In this document: positions 1 through 11,472 of the stretch, one piece after another | Position numbering within the stretch: position 1 is the first letter of the stretch | How the letters are laid out: each line of letters starts with the position of its first letter | Assembly: GCF_004010195.1 (NCBI RefSeq) | Contig: NC_057724.1 | Location: 29,567,052 to 29,631,051, forward strand | Length of the DNA: 64,000 bases | From: Chiloscyllium plagiosum | Taxonomy: Eukaryota | Reading direction: 5' to 3' | Made by a program: the position numbers and the translations under genes | The notes under the pieces: model-generated | Databases searched by the model: none | Seen by the model: only the letters and a program-made list of their open reading frames with translations | Told to the model about the DNA's origin: nothing

Positions 1-432
1 CTGAGTTCAAAGGTTCATTTCCAGACATTTCGTACCTTACTAGGTAACATCTTCCATGGACCTCATGCGAAGCAATGCTGAAAATTCCTGCTTTCTATTT
101 ATATGTTTGGGTTTCTTTGGGTTGGAGATGTCATTTCCTGTGGTGATGTTATTTCCTGTGAAGTCACTTCCGGTTCCTTTTCTCAGGAGGTGGTAGATGG
201 TATCTAACTCGAGGTGTTAGAGTTAGACCCCATCTACCACCCCCTGAGAAAAGGAACAGGAAGTGACTTCACCACAGGAAATATCACCACCAACCCAAAG
301 AAACCCAAACATATAAATAGAAAGCAGGAATTTTCAGTATTGCTGTGCATGAGGTCCACTGAAGATGTTACCGAGTAAGGTAATGAAACGTCTGGAAATG
401 AACCTTTCATAGCTCAGCGAGCAAACCTATAT
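1..432. mobile_element. Fold-back (palindromic) PLE 3' repeat, family C
   Basis: 1-~210 is the reverse complement of ~220-418. Related to 2226-2720, 4502-4795 and 14125-14436, which carry a Penelope-type ORF end (DWDNTSIL...LEAWH...INKYIDL). Confidence 0.75.
355..396 (+). ncRNA. Minimal type I hammerhead ribozyme motif (PLE family C)
   Basis: TCCA-CTGAAGA-T-GTTACC-GAGTAA-GGTAAT-GAAA-CG-TC-TGGA: helix I TCCA/TGGA, 6-bp helix II, palindromic ACGT helix III, GUC cleavage triplet. Confidence 0.7.
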
Positions 433-842
433 CCAAAATGCTGTTAAACTAAACAATATTTAATGTAGGCAACATATTGCTGGTCTTGTTGTTCAAGCTC
501 ACCACACTTGTCCTTCCCGAATGATTCCATATCACAATTTCTTTGGCAACTGTATACAGTAAATTTTACTTTACATGATTGGAATAAATTTCATAAATCC
601 ATGAGGAGGAGGGTTCGTCAAAAAGGGCAATAGTTGAAATATAACAATAATAAAAGCTTTAAAACTAACTTCATGGTTCAGCAGGGCAAACAAAATAGAA
701 TTTGTGAAACCGTCTCACTCAATAAACATTTAGTTCATCTTGATCTTTAACATGCTTCACCAGCAAGATCAAAAAGTGGATCTAAAATTTAGTTAAGTGC
801 CAGAACTCTGAAGTATACAGCAAAGTTCAGCAGGTTTGTTTT

Positions 843-974
843 TCAAATCTCGATCCCAAGGAATCTTGCAGTGTTCAGCACGTCATCTCTCATCAGGTAA
901 CATCCACATAGCCGACGGAATCCGGTAAACGCATCACGGCCATGAAGGACTCTCCAATTATCAACAAATAAAAC
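843..974 (-). CDS. TMLHE: TMLHE last coding exon (C-terminus, stop TGA at 845-843)
   Basis: Manual translation VLFVDNWRVLHGRDAFTGFRRLCGCYLMRDDVLNTARFLGIEI* matches the TMLH C-terminus (DNWRVLHGR, distal Fe-ligand His). Acceptor ctatag| at 976-975; 132 nt, phase 0. Confidence 0.96.
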   Translation of the reverse strand, partial: VLFVDNWRVLHGRDAFTGFRRLCGCYLMRDDVLNTARFLGIEI

Positions 975-1253
975 CTATAGTAGATACAAACATTCATTTA
1001 AAATGTTACAATTTCAGTACACATGGACCAATTTTGACTTCCCAGTGAGAAACACCTACTACAAAACAATCTTAAATAGCATTGTTTGTCACATCACAAA
1101 AATGTATTTTAAAGGTAGATGCAGAGAAGCATTCAAAATCCCAAAACGACTTTGATATATAGCTCATTGGTACCCTACATATAAAAGTTGACTGCATTTT
1201 GTCCCTCTTTGCCTCATGCAAGTTACAGTGAAAATGGACAAAGTAACACCTGA

Positions 1254-1986
1254 TGGAAGAGCACAGCAATTCAGGCAGCATCCGACGAGCAGCAAAATCG
1301 ACATTTTGGGCAAAAGCCCTTCATCAGGAATAAAGGCAGAGTACTGTTGCTCCCGATGCGGTCTCCTCTACATTGGGGAGACTGGGCGCCTCCTAGCAGA
1401 GCGCTTTAGGGAACATCTCCGAGACACCCGCACCAATCAACCAAACCCGCCCCGCGGCCCAACATTTCAACTCCCCCTCCCACTCTGCCGAGGACATGGA
1501 GGTCCTGGGCCTCCTTCACCGCCGCTCCCTCACCACCAGACGCCTGGAGGAAGAACGCCTCATCTTCCGCCTCAGAACACTTCAACCCCAGGGAATCAAT
1601 GTGGACTTCAACAGCTTCCTCATTTCCCCTTCCCCCACCTCATCCTAGTTTCAAACTTCCAGCTCCGCACTGTCCCCTTGACCTGTCTGGACTTGTCCGA
1701 CCTGCCTAGCTCCTTTTCCACCTATCCACTCCACCCTCTCCTCCCTGACCTATCACCTTCATCTCCTCCCCCACTCACCTATTGTACTCTATGCTACTTT
1801 CTCCCCACCCCCACCCTCCTCTAGCTTATCTCTCCATGCTTCAGGCTCTCTGCCTTTATTCCTGATGAAGGGCTTTTGCCCAAAACGTCGATTTTGCTGC
1901 TCGTCGGATGCTGCCTGAATTGCTGTGCTCTTCCAGCACCACTGATCCAAAATCTGGTTTCCAGCATCTGCAGTCATTGTTTTTAC
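1254..1986 (+). mobile_element. Truncated PLE (family A): GIY-YIG fragment, inverted 5' repeat, 15-bp TSD
   Basis: CSRCGLLYIGETGRLLAERFREHLR (GIY-YIG endonuclease); 1254-1341 is an inverted copy of ~1848-1935; TSD caaagtaacacctga at 1239-1253 and 1987-2001. Confidence 0.85.
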
Positions 1987-2225
1987 CAAAGTAACACCTG
2001 AGACTCACCTGCTATTAGGAATAGGAGAAAGCAAGGACTGCAGATGCTGGAGATCAGAGTCGAGAGCGTGGTGCTGGGAAAGGTTAGGCAGCATCGGAGG
2101 AGTAGGAGAATTTAAAAGCCCTTCATCAGGAATGGGGATACCAGATATCACATCCAGTAGGCAGTGACTTTAAAATAATAAGTGGCTGTTCAAATGCAAA
2201 ACAGCACAGCATATTGAGAAGATTT

Positions 2226-2720
2226 GAAGCTCAGGTTGAGGTTCTAGACATAGGTTTGCTCGCTGAGCTGGAAGGCTAGTTTTCAAACATTTCATCATAC
2301 TAGGTAACATCATCAGTGAGCCTCTGGATGAAGCTCTGGTGGTATGGCCGGTTTCCTTGGGTTTGTGATGTCATTTCTAGTAGTGACGCCATTTCCTGTG
2401 GTGACATCATTTCCGGTTCTTTTTCTCAGGTGGTGGTAAATGGGATCCAAGTCAATGTGTTTGTTGGTAGAGTTGTGGTTGGAATGCCATTCTTCTAGAA
2501 AATCTCATGCATGTCTCGCTTTTGGCTTGTCCTAGGACGGATGTGTTTTCCCAGTTGAAGTGGTGTCCTTCCTCATCTGTATGTAAGCGTACTAGTGAGA
2601 CTGGGTCATGTCTTTTTGTGGCTAGTTGGTGTTCATGTATCCCGGTGGCTAGTTTTCTGCCTGTTTGTCACAATTCTTGCAAGGTATTTTGTAAATGACA
2701 TTAGTTTTGCTTATTGTACA
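2226..2720 (-). mobile_element. PLE family C 3' fragment (inverted partner at 4502-4795)
   Basis: Similar to the 1-432 arms and to 14125-14436; degenerate hammerhead CTGATGA...GAAA on the minus strand at ~2281-2320. Confidence 0.65.
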
Positions 2721-2721
2721 A

Positions 2722-4503
2722 TGACATGAGATAGCTTTGGTAATTAAGAGTTAAGGAGAATCCAAAGAGATTTTACAAAGACGTTAAGGACAGAAGGGTA
2801 ACGAGGGAGAGAACATGGCCTCTCAAAAATCAGCAAGGCAGCCTTTGTGTGGAGCTGCAGGAGATGGGGAGATATTAAACGAGTATTTTGCATCAATGTT
2901 TACTGTGGAAAAGGACATTGAAGATATAGACTGTAGGGAAATAGATGGTGACATCTTGAAAAAATGTCCATATTACAGAGGAGGAAGTGCTGGATGTCTT
3001 GAAGCGCATAAATGTGGATAAATCCTCAGAACCTGATCAAGTGTATCCTAGAACTCTGTGGGAAGCTAGGGAAGTGATTGCTGGGTCTCTTACTGAGATA
3101 TTTGTAACATTGATAGTCACAGATGAGGTGCGGGAAGGCCAGAGGTTGGATACGTGGTGCCACTATTTAAGAAGGATGGTAAGGACAAGCCAAGGAACTA
3201 TAGTCCGGTGAGCCTAACGTCAGTGGTGGGCAAGTTGGTGGATTGAATCATGTATTTGGAAAGGCAAGGACTGATTAGGGATAGTCAACATGGCTTTGTG
3301 CGTGGGAAATTATGTCTCACAAACTTGATTGAGTTTTTTGAAGAAGTAACAAAGAGGATTGATGAGGACAGAGATCTTTATGGACTTCAGTAAGGCGTTC
3401 GACAAGGTTCCCCATGGGAGACTGGTGAGCAAGGTTAGATCTTATGGAATACATGGAGAACTTGCCATTTGGATACAGAACTGGCTCGAAGGTAGAAGAC
3501 CTTCAGATGGTGGCCTGTGACCAGTAGAGTGCCACAAGGATTGGTGCTAGGTCCACTACTTTGCGTCATTTATATAAATGATTTGAATGTGAACATGAGA
3601 TATAGTTAGTAAGTTTGCAGATGACACCAAAATTGGAGATGCAGTGGACAGTGAAGGGAGGTTATCTCAGAGTACAACGGGATCGTGATCAGTTGAGCCA
3701 ATGGGCTAAGGAGTGGCAGATGGAGTTTAATTTAGATAAATGAGAGGTGCTGCATTTTGGGAAAGCAAATCTTAGCAGGACTTATACACTTAATGGTAAG
3801 GTCCTAGGGGGTGTTGCTGAACAAAGAGACCTTGGAGTGCAGGTTCATAGCTCCTTGAAAGTACAGTCGGAGGTAGATAGGATAGAGTGAAGAAGGCGTT
3901 TGGTATGCTTTCCTTTACTGGTCAGAGTACTGAGTACAGGAGTTGGGAGGTCATGTTGCAGCTGTTCAGGACATTGGCTACTTTTGGAATATTGAGTGCA
4001 ATTCTGGTCTCCTTCCTACCGGAAGGATGTTGTGAAACCTGAAAGGATTCAGAAAAGATTTAGAGGGATGTTGCCAGGTTTGGAGGATGTGAGCTATAGG
4101 AAGAGGTTGAATAGGTTAGGGCTGTTTTCCCTGGAGCGTCAGAGGCTGAGGGTTGACCTTATAGAAGGATATAAAATCATGAGTGGCATGGTGAATAGAC
4201 AAAGTATTTTCCCTGACATGGGGGAGTCCAGAACGAGACGGCATATGTTTAAGGTGAGAGGAGAAAGATATAAAGAGACCTAAGGGGCAACATTTTAACG
4301 CAGATGGTGGTGTGTGTGTGTGTGTGTGTGTGTGTGTGGAATGGGCTGCCATTGCAACATTTAAAAGGCATCTGGATGGGTGTATAAATAGGAAGGGTTT
4401 GGAGGGATATGGACCGAATGCTGGCAGGTGGTACGAGATTGGGTTGGGATATCTGGTCAGCATGGATGAGTTGGACAGAGAGGTACATCTGTACATCTCT
4501 ATG
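2722..4503 (+). mobile_element. 5'-truncated CR1-type LINE (decayed RT), with (TG)n at ~4308-4338
   Basis: RT motifs QHGF..GKLCLTNLIEFFE, DFSKAFDKV, FADDTK and C-terminal QFWSP..KDV..ER.Q.RF; frameshifts and stops; ctctatgact-type tail. Confidence 0.9.
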
Positions 4504-5331
4504 ACTGGGACAACACATCCATCCCAGAATAAGCCAGAGACATGGATGAGAATTCCTAGAACCATGGCATTCCGATCGGAACTCTATCAACAAACATATG
4601 GACTTGGCTCCCATTTACCACCCCCTGAGAAAAAGAACAGGAAATGGCATCACTAACCCAAGGAAACCTAAATACATAAACAGAAAGTGGGCCATACCAC
4701 CAATGCTTCACCCGGGCTGACTGATAATGTTACCTAGTATGGTGACGAAATGTCTGAAAATGAGCCTTCCAGCTCAGTGAGCAAACCTACATCCATGTAA
4801 AGCAGCTCAAGCAGCTCTACATAATTTCGTAAATAATTGCAAAAGGGGTTCTCAACATTAACCACTAAAACTGGAGTAAATTGACTTTATTTTCTCGTAA
4901 AAATGCTTTTAATGTAATTTGTGAAAGCACAGCCCTTAACGTAGGCAAAAGGGAAATGGGGAAGAAACATTAGTGAAAAACTAAAGAGCAGCAGGTATAA
5001 TAGTTTTCTTGCTACAAAACCTATAACACCACTGCTGAGCCAGAGCATTTACAGAGAAGTGAACTTCGAACTTAAAACTTCACAACTGAACAAGTTGGAA
5101 TCAGTGTTCATCATAGATTAGGCATAAAATGTAATACACAATATACTAGAAATGAATGAGTTGGTGTTGAAATGAGGTATGTCCAGGAGAATTTTCATTA
5201 TCAGAAATAATCTCAGACACACAAGTTTCACATCTCTACACATGAATAATCCTGATCTAAATTATGCAGAGTTAGTCAAAGTTTAGAGTCAATAGGGTAG
5301 TAATGCTATTCTCAATAAGTGGATTGAACAT

Positions 5332-5965
5332 TGTTACAAAGCTAGTCCCTTTTTTCTAAAACCTGTTCCTTGGCCCTGTCCTTGACTCTTTCAAAGGGGC
5401 AATAAACCAGGCCAGGCTCCCATAAGTTTGGTTTGGTACAGAGATGAAAAGGATTTTGAGAGGCCTTTAGTTAATATGTAAACAGATGAGACTTCAGGCC
5501 AAAGTGGTCATGTTTTAGAAGTGACCTGTATAATGAAAGGGGAGTGGTCAGCTCTAGCTGGGCTGAGCAGCTTTAGTTCAGTCTTGAACTGGTTGGAAGT
5601 CCAACAGGGAGCTGTGTGGCAACTCACTCTCTCTCTCTCTTTCTGCCCTTCAACCTGTAAGCATATGTTCCTTTTATACTGGTCTTTAAAGGGAGTTTGC
5701 TTATTGGTACTGTAGTGTATATTCAGAACAGCATAATTAAGTTTAGGTGGATAGGTTGAGTTCTTTAGGGGTGCTTTATTCTGTTCTTTATGTTTCATTG
5801 TGTCGTTTTGTAAATACATTTTTGTCTGTTTTAAAATCTAGTAGTAAACCTTGCTAACTTACTCCGGGTAATTTTCACTGCACACTTACCGAAAGAAATT
5901 GCCAAGTTATGGTCCGGGGCTGCCTGCTTAAGAATGTTTTGAGTGATCTAGCCTAGTCCATAAAA
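5332..5965. mobile_element. Probable solo LTR
   Basis: Starts TGTTA, ends TAAAA (one change from TAACA), flanked by 4-bp acat direct repeats at 5328-5331 and 5966-5969; internal (CT)n. Confidence 0.4.
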
Positions 5966-6744
5966 ACATGCTTATACAAGTGAAATGTAAATAATTGTTC
6001 TGATATGTAAGTACATGGGGCAAGGGGGCTGGGTGTGTGGAATAATTTATAATTTAAATGATTACATCTACTACTGAAAGCGGTCACGTTTTGTGATCAC
6101 TTAAACCATGATGAATCTAGTTGTCTGCCAATTCAACAAGCTACTGTGTTCTCATGCCAACACTTTGGTCTCAGGTTTGTTGATCTGTCCTGAAGAAATA
6201 TTAACCCTGTCTTCTCCCTACAGATGCTGTGAATTTCTTCAGCAATTTTTGATTGTTTGTTACGGATCCAAGATCCAGGCACTTGCTCAACGAATACTTG
6301 GCAAGTTGGGCCATTACTATAATTCCAGGTGTAAATGGATCTTGCATTGAAATTAACTCATCCAGTTGTCTTGGAAAGCACTATTTCTTAAAATTAATAA
6401 ATAAGTATACATTTGTCTTGTAAAAGGAAGCAATTCTACCGATGCAAGCAAGTGAACACACTAGTTTAATTGACATACACACCTGTAAGCCATTTACATC
6501 CTAGATGTGAAACTACAACATTTAAGGGCACTTGTGGCATGTGGTTGTGTCCCTGTCTCTGAACCAAGAGGTTTGGGTTAAGTACCACCTGCTCAGATGC
6601 TCTAGAGCATGTTGTTTATAAAATCTCTATAAACAGTCAGCAGTGTTAAAAAGGCTTTTATCCCCCATAGATAATGGTTAAAAGCAGAGCAGGGATTGAT
6701 AATCATCTTTAGCACCCAAACTGCATGATGATTCACTTCCTTAC

Positions 6745-6883
6745 CTTTCCAGGTTTGAGTTTCACCCAGATTTCATTCTCTGGTTTTCTAAGTTCTGTCG
6801 TAAGGGCTCGGTGTGCAACATACCATTGATGAACAACATCATGAGGTACTGTGCTTATAACAGTTCGGTCATAATTGTTATAC
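6745..6883 (-). CDS. TMLHE: TMLHE coding exon 6 of 7
   Basis: (R)YNNYDRTVISTVPHDVVHQWYVAHRALTTELRKPENEIWVKLKPGK; cag| acceptor, |gtaagg donor; 139 nt, phases fit neighbours. Confidence 0.95.
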
Positions 6884-7461
6884 CTGTGGACAAAGCAGTT
6901 GTCAGAAAGATGTTGCTAATGGGAGACTTGAAACAAAGGAATTCTTGCGAGAAGAGAAATGTGATTTGATAGCATTTCACATTACAAATAGAGGTGGGAC
7001 ACAGGAGGTAGAAACAGACTATTCCCAGTGGTTAAGGAATCTAACAGGGAACAAAAGTAATCAAAGTGTTGCAATAAAAGCAGATCCATGATTAAATTCA
7101 AGAGATCTGGAGCTGTTCAAAGGTACCTTACTGGAAGTTAATAATTTTCAGTCTGCAGTAAAAGCTAAAGTCATATGGGAGCAAGCTAAACAACTTTCTG
7201 CTTGTGAAGAATAACCTATGCAATGTAACACGTATGCCTAACCTTGTCCAAGTTTGTTTCACCCTATGATCTGTATGTCCTTGTTTACCATGATCTGCCT
7301 GCACTGCTCGCAAACAAAAAAAACTTTTCACTATACTTAGGCACCTATTACAATAAATCAAAAATTAACCAACCAGTAATTGAGAGATAAAGGTATTTTG
7401 CTCACAGCACTTGTGCTTCTTTTACTCACTGCATTAAATTTGAGCTAGTTCTTGATTCATT

Positions 7462-8700
7462 CAAGTGAAGACTACATTTGATATGTGGGAGGCTTTCGAA
7501 GATAGGTTAAAGATAATGCAGGATAGGCATGTCCTGTTGAAAGCAAAGGATAGGAAAGGCAAGATTTGTGAACCGTAGATGACAGGAGAAATTGTATGAC
7601 TAGCTAGGAGGAAAAGAGAAGTGTACATAAGGTCCAGGCAGCTAAGAACAGAATGGGCCCTGGTGGAATATTGGAACAGTGGGACCAGTCTTAAATGAGG
7701 AATCAAGAGGGTTAAAAGGGATCATGAAATACCTTTCGCGAGCAAAATTAGCAGAATCCCAAAGCCTTTTATTCTTATATAAGAAGCAAGTGGGTAAATA
7801 GACAAAGGATTAGTCCATAAAGAATAATGAAGGAAGGCTGTGTATCGAACCTGAGAGAACGGGTAAGATTCTGAATGATTACTTTGCATCAGTATTCACT
7901 GAGGAGAGAGACATGATGAATCATAGAGTCATAGAGATTTACAGCATGGAAGCAGACCCTTCGGTCCAACTCGTCCATGCAGACCAGATATCCCAAACCA
8001 ATATAGTCCCACCTGCCAGCACCTGGCCCATTTCCCTCCAAACCCTTCCTATTCATATACCCATTCAGATGCCTCTTAAATGTTGCAATTATACTAGCCT
8101 CCACCACTTCCTCTGGCAGCTCATTCCATACACACACCACCCTCTGAGTGAAAAAGTAGCCCCTTAAGTCTCTTCCTATATCTTTCTGCTCTCACCCTAA
8201 ACCTATGCCCTCTAGTTCTGGACTCCCCCAACCCAGGAAAAAGACTTTGTCATTTATCCTATGCATGCCCCTCATGATTTTATAAACATCTATAAGGTCA
8301 CCCCTCAGCCTCTGACGCTCCAGGGAAAACAGACCCAGCCTATTCAGCCTCTCCCTATAGCTCTCAACTTTAGTAACTTATGCATATATACACCAAGCTC
8401 CAACTGCTTGTGCACCCTTTTATCAGTCTACCATTCTCCATGTCTAGTCTACTAAAACGTATGACCACACACTTGTCTGCATTGAACTTTACCTTCCACC
8501 TCTCCATTCATTTCACTAACCTGCCTATGTTGTTTTGAAATTCTACATTACCTTCCTTACAGTTTAGTGCTTTCAAGTTTTGTTTCATCTGCAAACTTTT
8601 AAACTGCACCCAGCGTACTAAGGTCAGATCATTAACATCCATCAGAAAAAGCAAGGATCCCAACACTGATGCCTCGGAAATTCCACTACAAATCTTCCAC
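7462..8700. mobile_element. Cluster of CR1-type LINE fragments (+ 7462-7920; - 7921-8363; older - 8365-8700)
   Basis: ORF remnant VWNELPEEVVEA..IATFKRHL; similarity to the other CR1 copies in the window. Confidence 0.8.
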
Positions 8701-9070
8701 CCAACCCAACTAAGATTAAACAAATCCTGTCATCCCCAACAAGAAATATCCATTACGCATTACTGTTTCTTGTCCTTTAGCCAATTTAGGTCCCTGATGC
8801 TACTGGCTCTTTTTATTTCATAGAATAAAAGAAGGCAATTCATCTTAAAGATATTCTAAAAACTCTGTCTCAACCATTTCTTAGCATCATTTACAGTAAT
8901 CATTGAAGACCTTTTGTATTTATTCAATGCAGCATCAGTGCAAATTTTATTTAGAGAGAGGGGTAAAAGATGCTCAGGAAAATTAAACACTTTCTCTTCC
9001 TGGACTGTTACTGCCATCTATTGAAGGGACTCTGGATAGTGATGCAAGATATTATGTTGGCTCTTCTCAC

Positions 9071-9307
9071 CTCATTAGGTATAACTCATTATTCCATGGA
9101 TAAACATTCAGAATTGGTCCAATTCCAATCATGTGATTGTGGCATCCTCCTACATTCTCGATGTATTCATGTTTTATTGGTACTTTAGTAAGTACTTCAA
9201 AGTTATGTGGATTTTCTTGTCGTACATTTTCGGCAGCATGAAACCCATCCAGCAACAGAGTTCTTCCACCAGTTCCGTCGTGCCTCAAACAATGGAACAA
9301 TTGAACT
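9071..9307 (-). CDS. TMLHE: TMLHE coding exon 5 of 7
   Basis: Within ORF 9067..9357: (G)VQLFHCLRHDGTGGRTLLLDGFHAAE...IGIGPILNVYPWNNELYLMR; tag| acceptor, |gtgag donor; 237 nt. Confidence 0.96.
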
Positions 9308-9839
9308 CTATTGAAAAGGATACACAAATAGGCAGAAGTCAGCTGCATGGAAGACATGAACTACAAGTTAATTTAGAACCCCAATGGGTCCCATTAACAA
9401 AAAAGACCAAACAACAAAAGTTTCGTTTCTTGCTCATCATGCAAACATAGATTTCCCATCCCACAATATTCTAATTTCCAAATTGAATGTGGTATTTCCA
9501 AGGTGGGCTTCAAATTCACAGACACCAACTGATTTTCAGCACCTTATGCAAAGGCCATTATTCAATAAATTTATTGAAGGTACATTCCAGAATTAGTGCT
9601 TTAAATTTCATATCAACAGAATGACTCAAGGCCCTCTTAAAAAAAAGAGTTGTATGTGACAGAATATTTCAGAAGATGTACTTCAGATTTTTTTTCTGCC
9701 CTTTTTAAAAAGGAAAGGTAGACGTGTAGGTAAACTGGTAAACCTTAACATTGGGGTGAACAGAAACACAACAAGAAATGAAATGAGAAGCAGAAAAAAA
9801 AATGCCTTGTAAGTCTACACTGATAAGAAATACACGTAC

Positions 9840-9959
9840 CCACAAGGTTCTTGAAAATAAGTAGTATCTATATGGCGATCAAGAGCCACTTTTGTGTAAG
9901 CAGTGTCACCACGGGAGAAATCTGAAGTAAAATCCCACATTCGGCCAAAAATAGACTCC
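9840..9959 (-). CDS. TMLHE: TMLHE coding exon 4 of 7 (HxD iron-binding motif)
   Basis: (R)ESIFGRMWDFTSDFSRGDTAYTKVALDRHIDTTYFQEPCG; polypyrimidine tract plus aag| acceptor, |gtacgt donor; 120 nt. Confidence 0.96.
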
Positions 9960-10599
9960 CTTCAGAAACAAAAAGAAAAGGAAAATAATTAATAACCATG
10001 TCAAAATACTTTAGGGTTTTAAAACATATCTATCTGAAGTTATCACAAGTCGCTTGCTTTTTGAAAGTAAGAATTCTAACAGCATAACCAAGCAACTTCT
10101 TTACAAATCAAATTTCCAGCTAGAAAATTTGACTGTCAATCTTTCCCTGTAGAAAATCAGAGCAGCTGGTAGCATAATTCAAGGGTAACTACTGAACTGA
10201 CTAAATGTTTAACAATCACCAAGATTCAGTTGCTGTTTCAAATCAATACCTTAATTTAATTGAGATAATTCTGGAGTTATGATCTTGAAGTCCAACTTTA
10301 ATTTAGAAATGAATTGTCACAGGTTGATTTTAGCATCAGTTTTAATATTCAGACATACCATAACTTAATGCAGGAAGAACTGCTGACACAAAGAGCTGAT
10401 AACCATCAACAATTTAAGCAAACTGGCTCGCAGTACTCAACCACTCCCAACCTTGCCATGTAACTTACAGAAACCAGTGAAATAACTATGTTCCTGAATG
10501 CAGGGAATAACCCAACCAGAATATACAAGAGTACAGCATCATCACATACACATTGTTGCATACTCAAGTAGCTAAACAAAAGGTTCAGAAACAGACTGG

Positions 10600-10729
10600 G
10601 AGAAAGTGAGGACTGGAGATCAGAGTCAAAAGTGTGGTGCTGGAAAAGCACAGCCAGTCAGGCAGCATCCGAGGAGTATGATGCTGCCTGACCAGCTGTG
10701 TTTTTCCAGCGCCACACTTCTGACTATGC
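10600..10729. mobile_element. Short hairpin (MITE-like) derived from the PLE family A terminal repeat
   Basis: ~46-bp inverted arms; 10-bp TSD aacagactgg at 10590-10599 and 10730-10739. Confidence 0.75.
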
Positions 10730-10744
10730 AACAGACTGGTTCCA

Positions 10745-11472
10745 GTAAGATGGCAGTGGAGTCAGGCTTCTGAGCCCAGACTTGTCCATTCTTCTTTTTG
10801 GTTTTTATTCTTTTTATTCCTCCCTCGTTTTTTTTTAAATTTTACTTATCTCTTATTGAAGAGCTAGACAGTTCATGGCAATAGCATCAGCAGTGACAAG
10901 TAGGCCCAGTGCACACTTGTGGTGGTGGCAGAGTGGGTTTGGGTGCATCGAAGAAGCAATCCTAGTGTCGACTCATGGATGCTGCTGTGGAAGCAGGTTT
11001 GGGTTCCTAATGGTGTCTGCGTCTAGCACAGATGCATGGAGGCAACAGTCGAGATACGTTTGGACCCAGTGGCATTGGGTGTTGGGCCCAAAGCAGATTT
11101 ATCGTGGTGACGGAGTCACGTTTGGGCTGGTATGGGTACCTGGTGTCAGTGGCATCTGCATTGGTGATGTCCATTGAGGACTCAGTGATGAGGGTCTTGA
11201 TAGAGGTGAGATGATGCCAAAGAATAGCCACTTTCATTCTAGTGCTGGCGGCACAGTGAAGGGGACTCGTGCATGGTCACCAGGCCCATGGTGGAGCACT
11301 TAAAAAGATGTGCTGGAAATTGAACACTTTATTTCTTTATTCTTTTGGCTTTTATGTTCTAATGTTTTGGTTTATTTTTCTGTGTTTTAAGATGTCACCA
11401 GAATGGCAACACTATGCAGCATTTTTTACTGTATTTTTGGAAGAAAATACATATGACAATAAATCAAATCAA
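10745..11472 (+). mobile_element. Unclassified retroelement remnant
   Basis: Begins aagatggc, ends aataaatcaaatcaa; a similar tail occurs at ~7240-7365. Confidence 0.4.
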
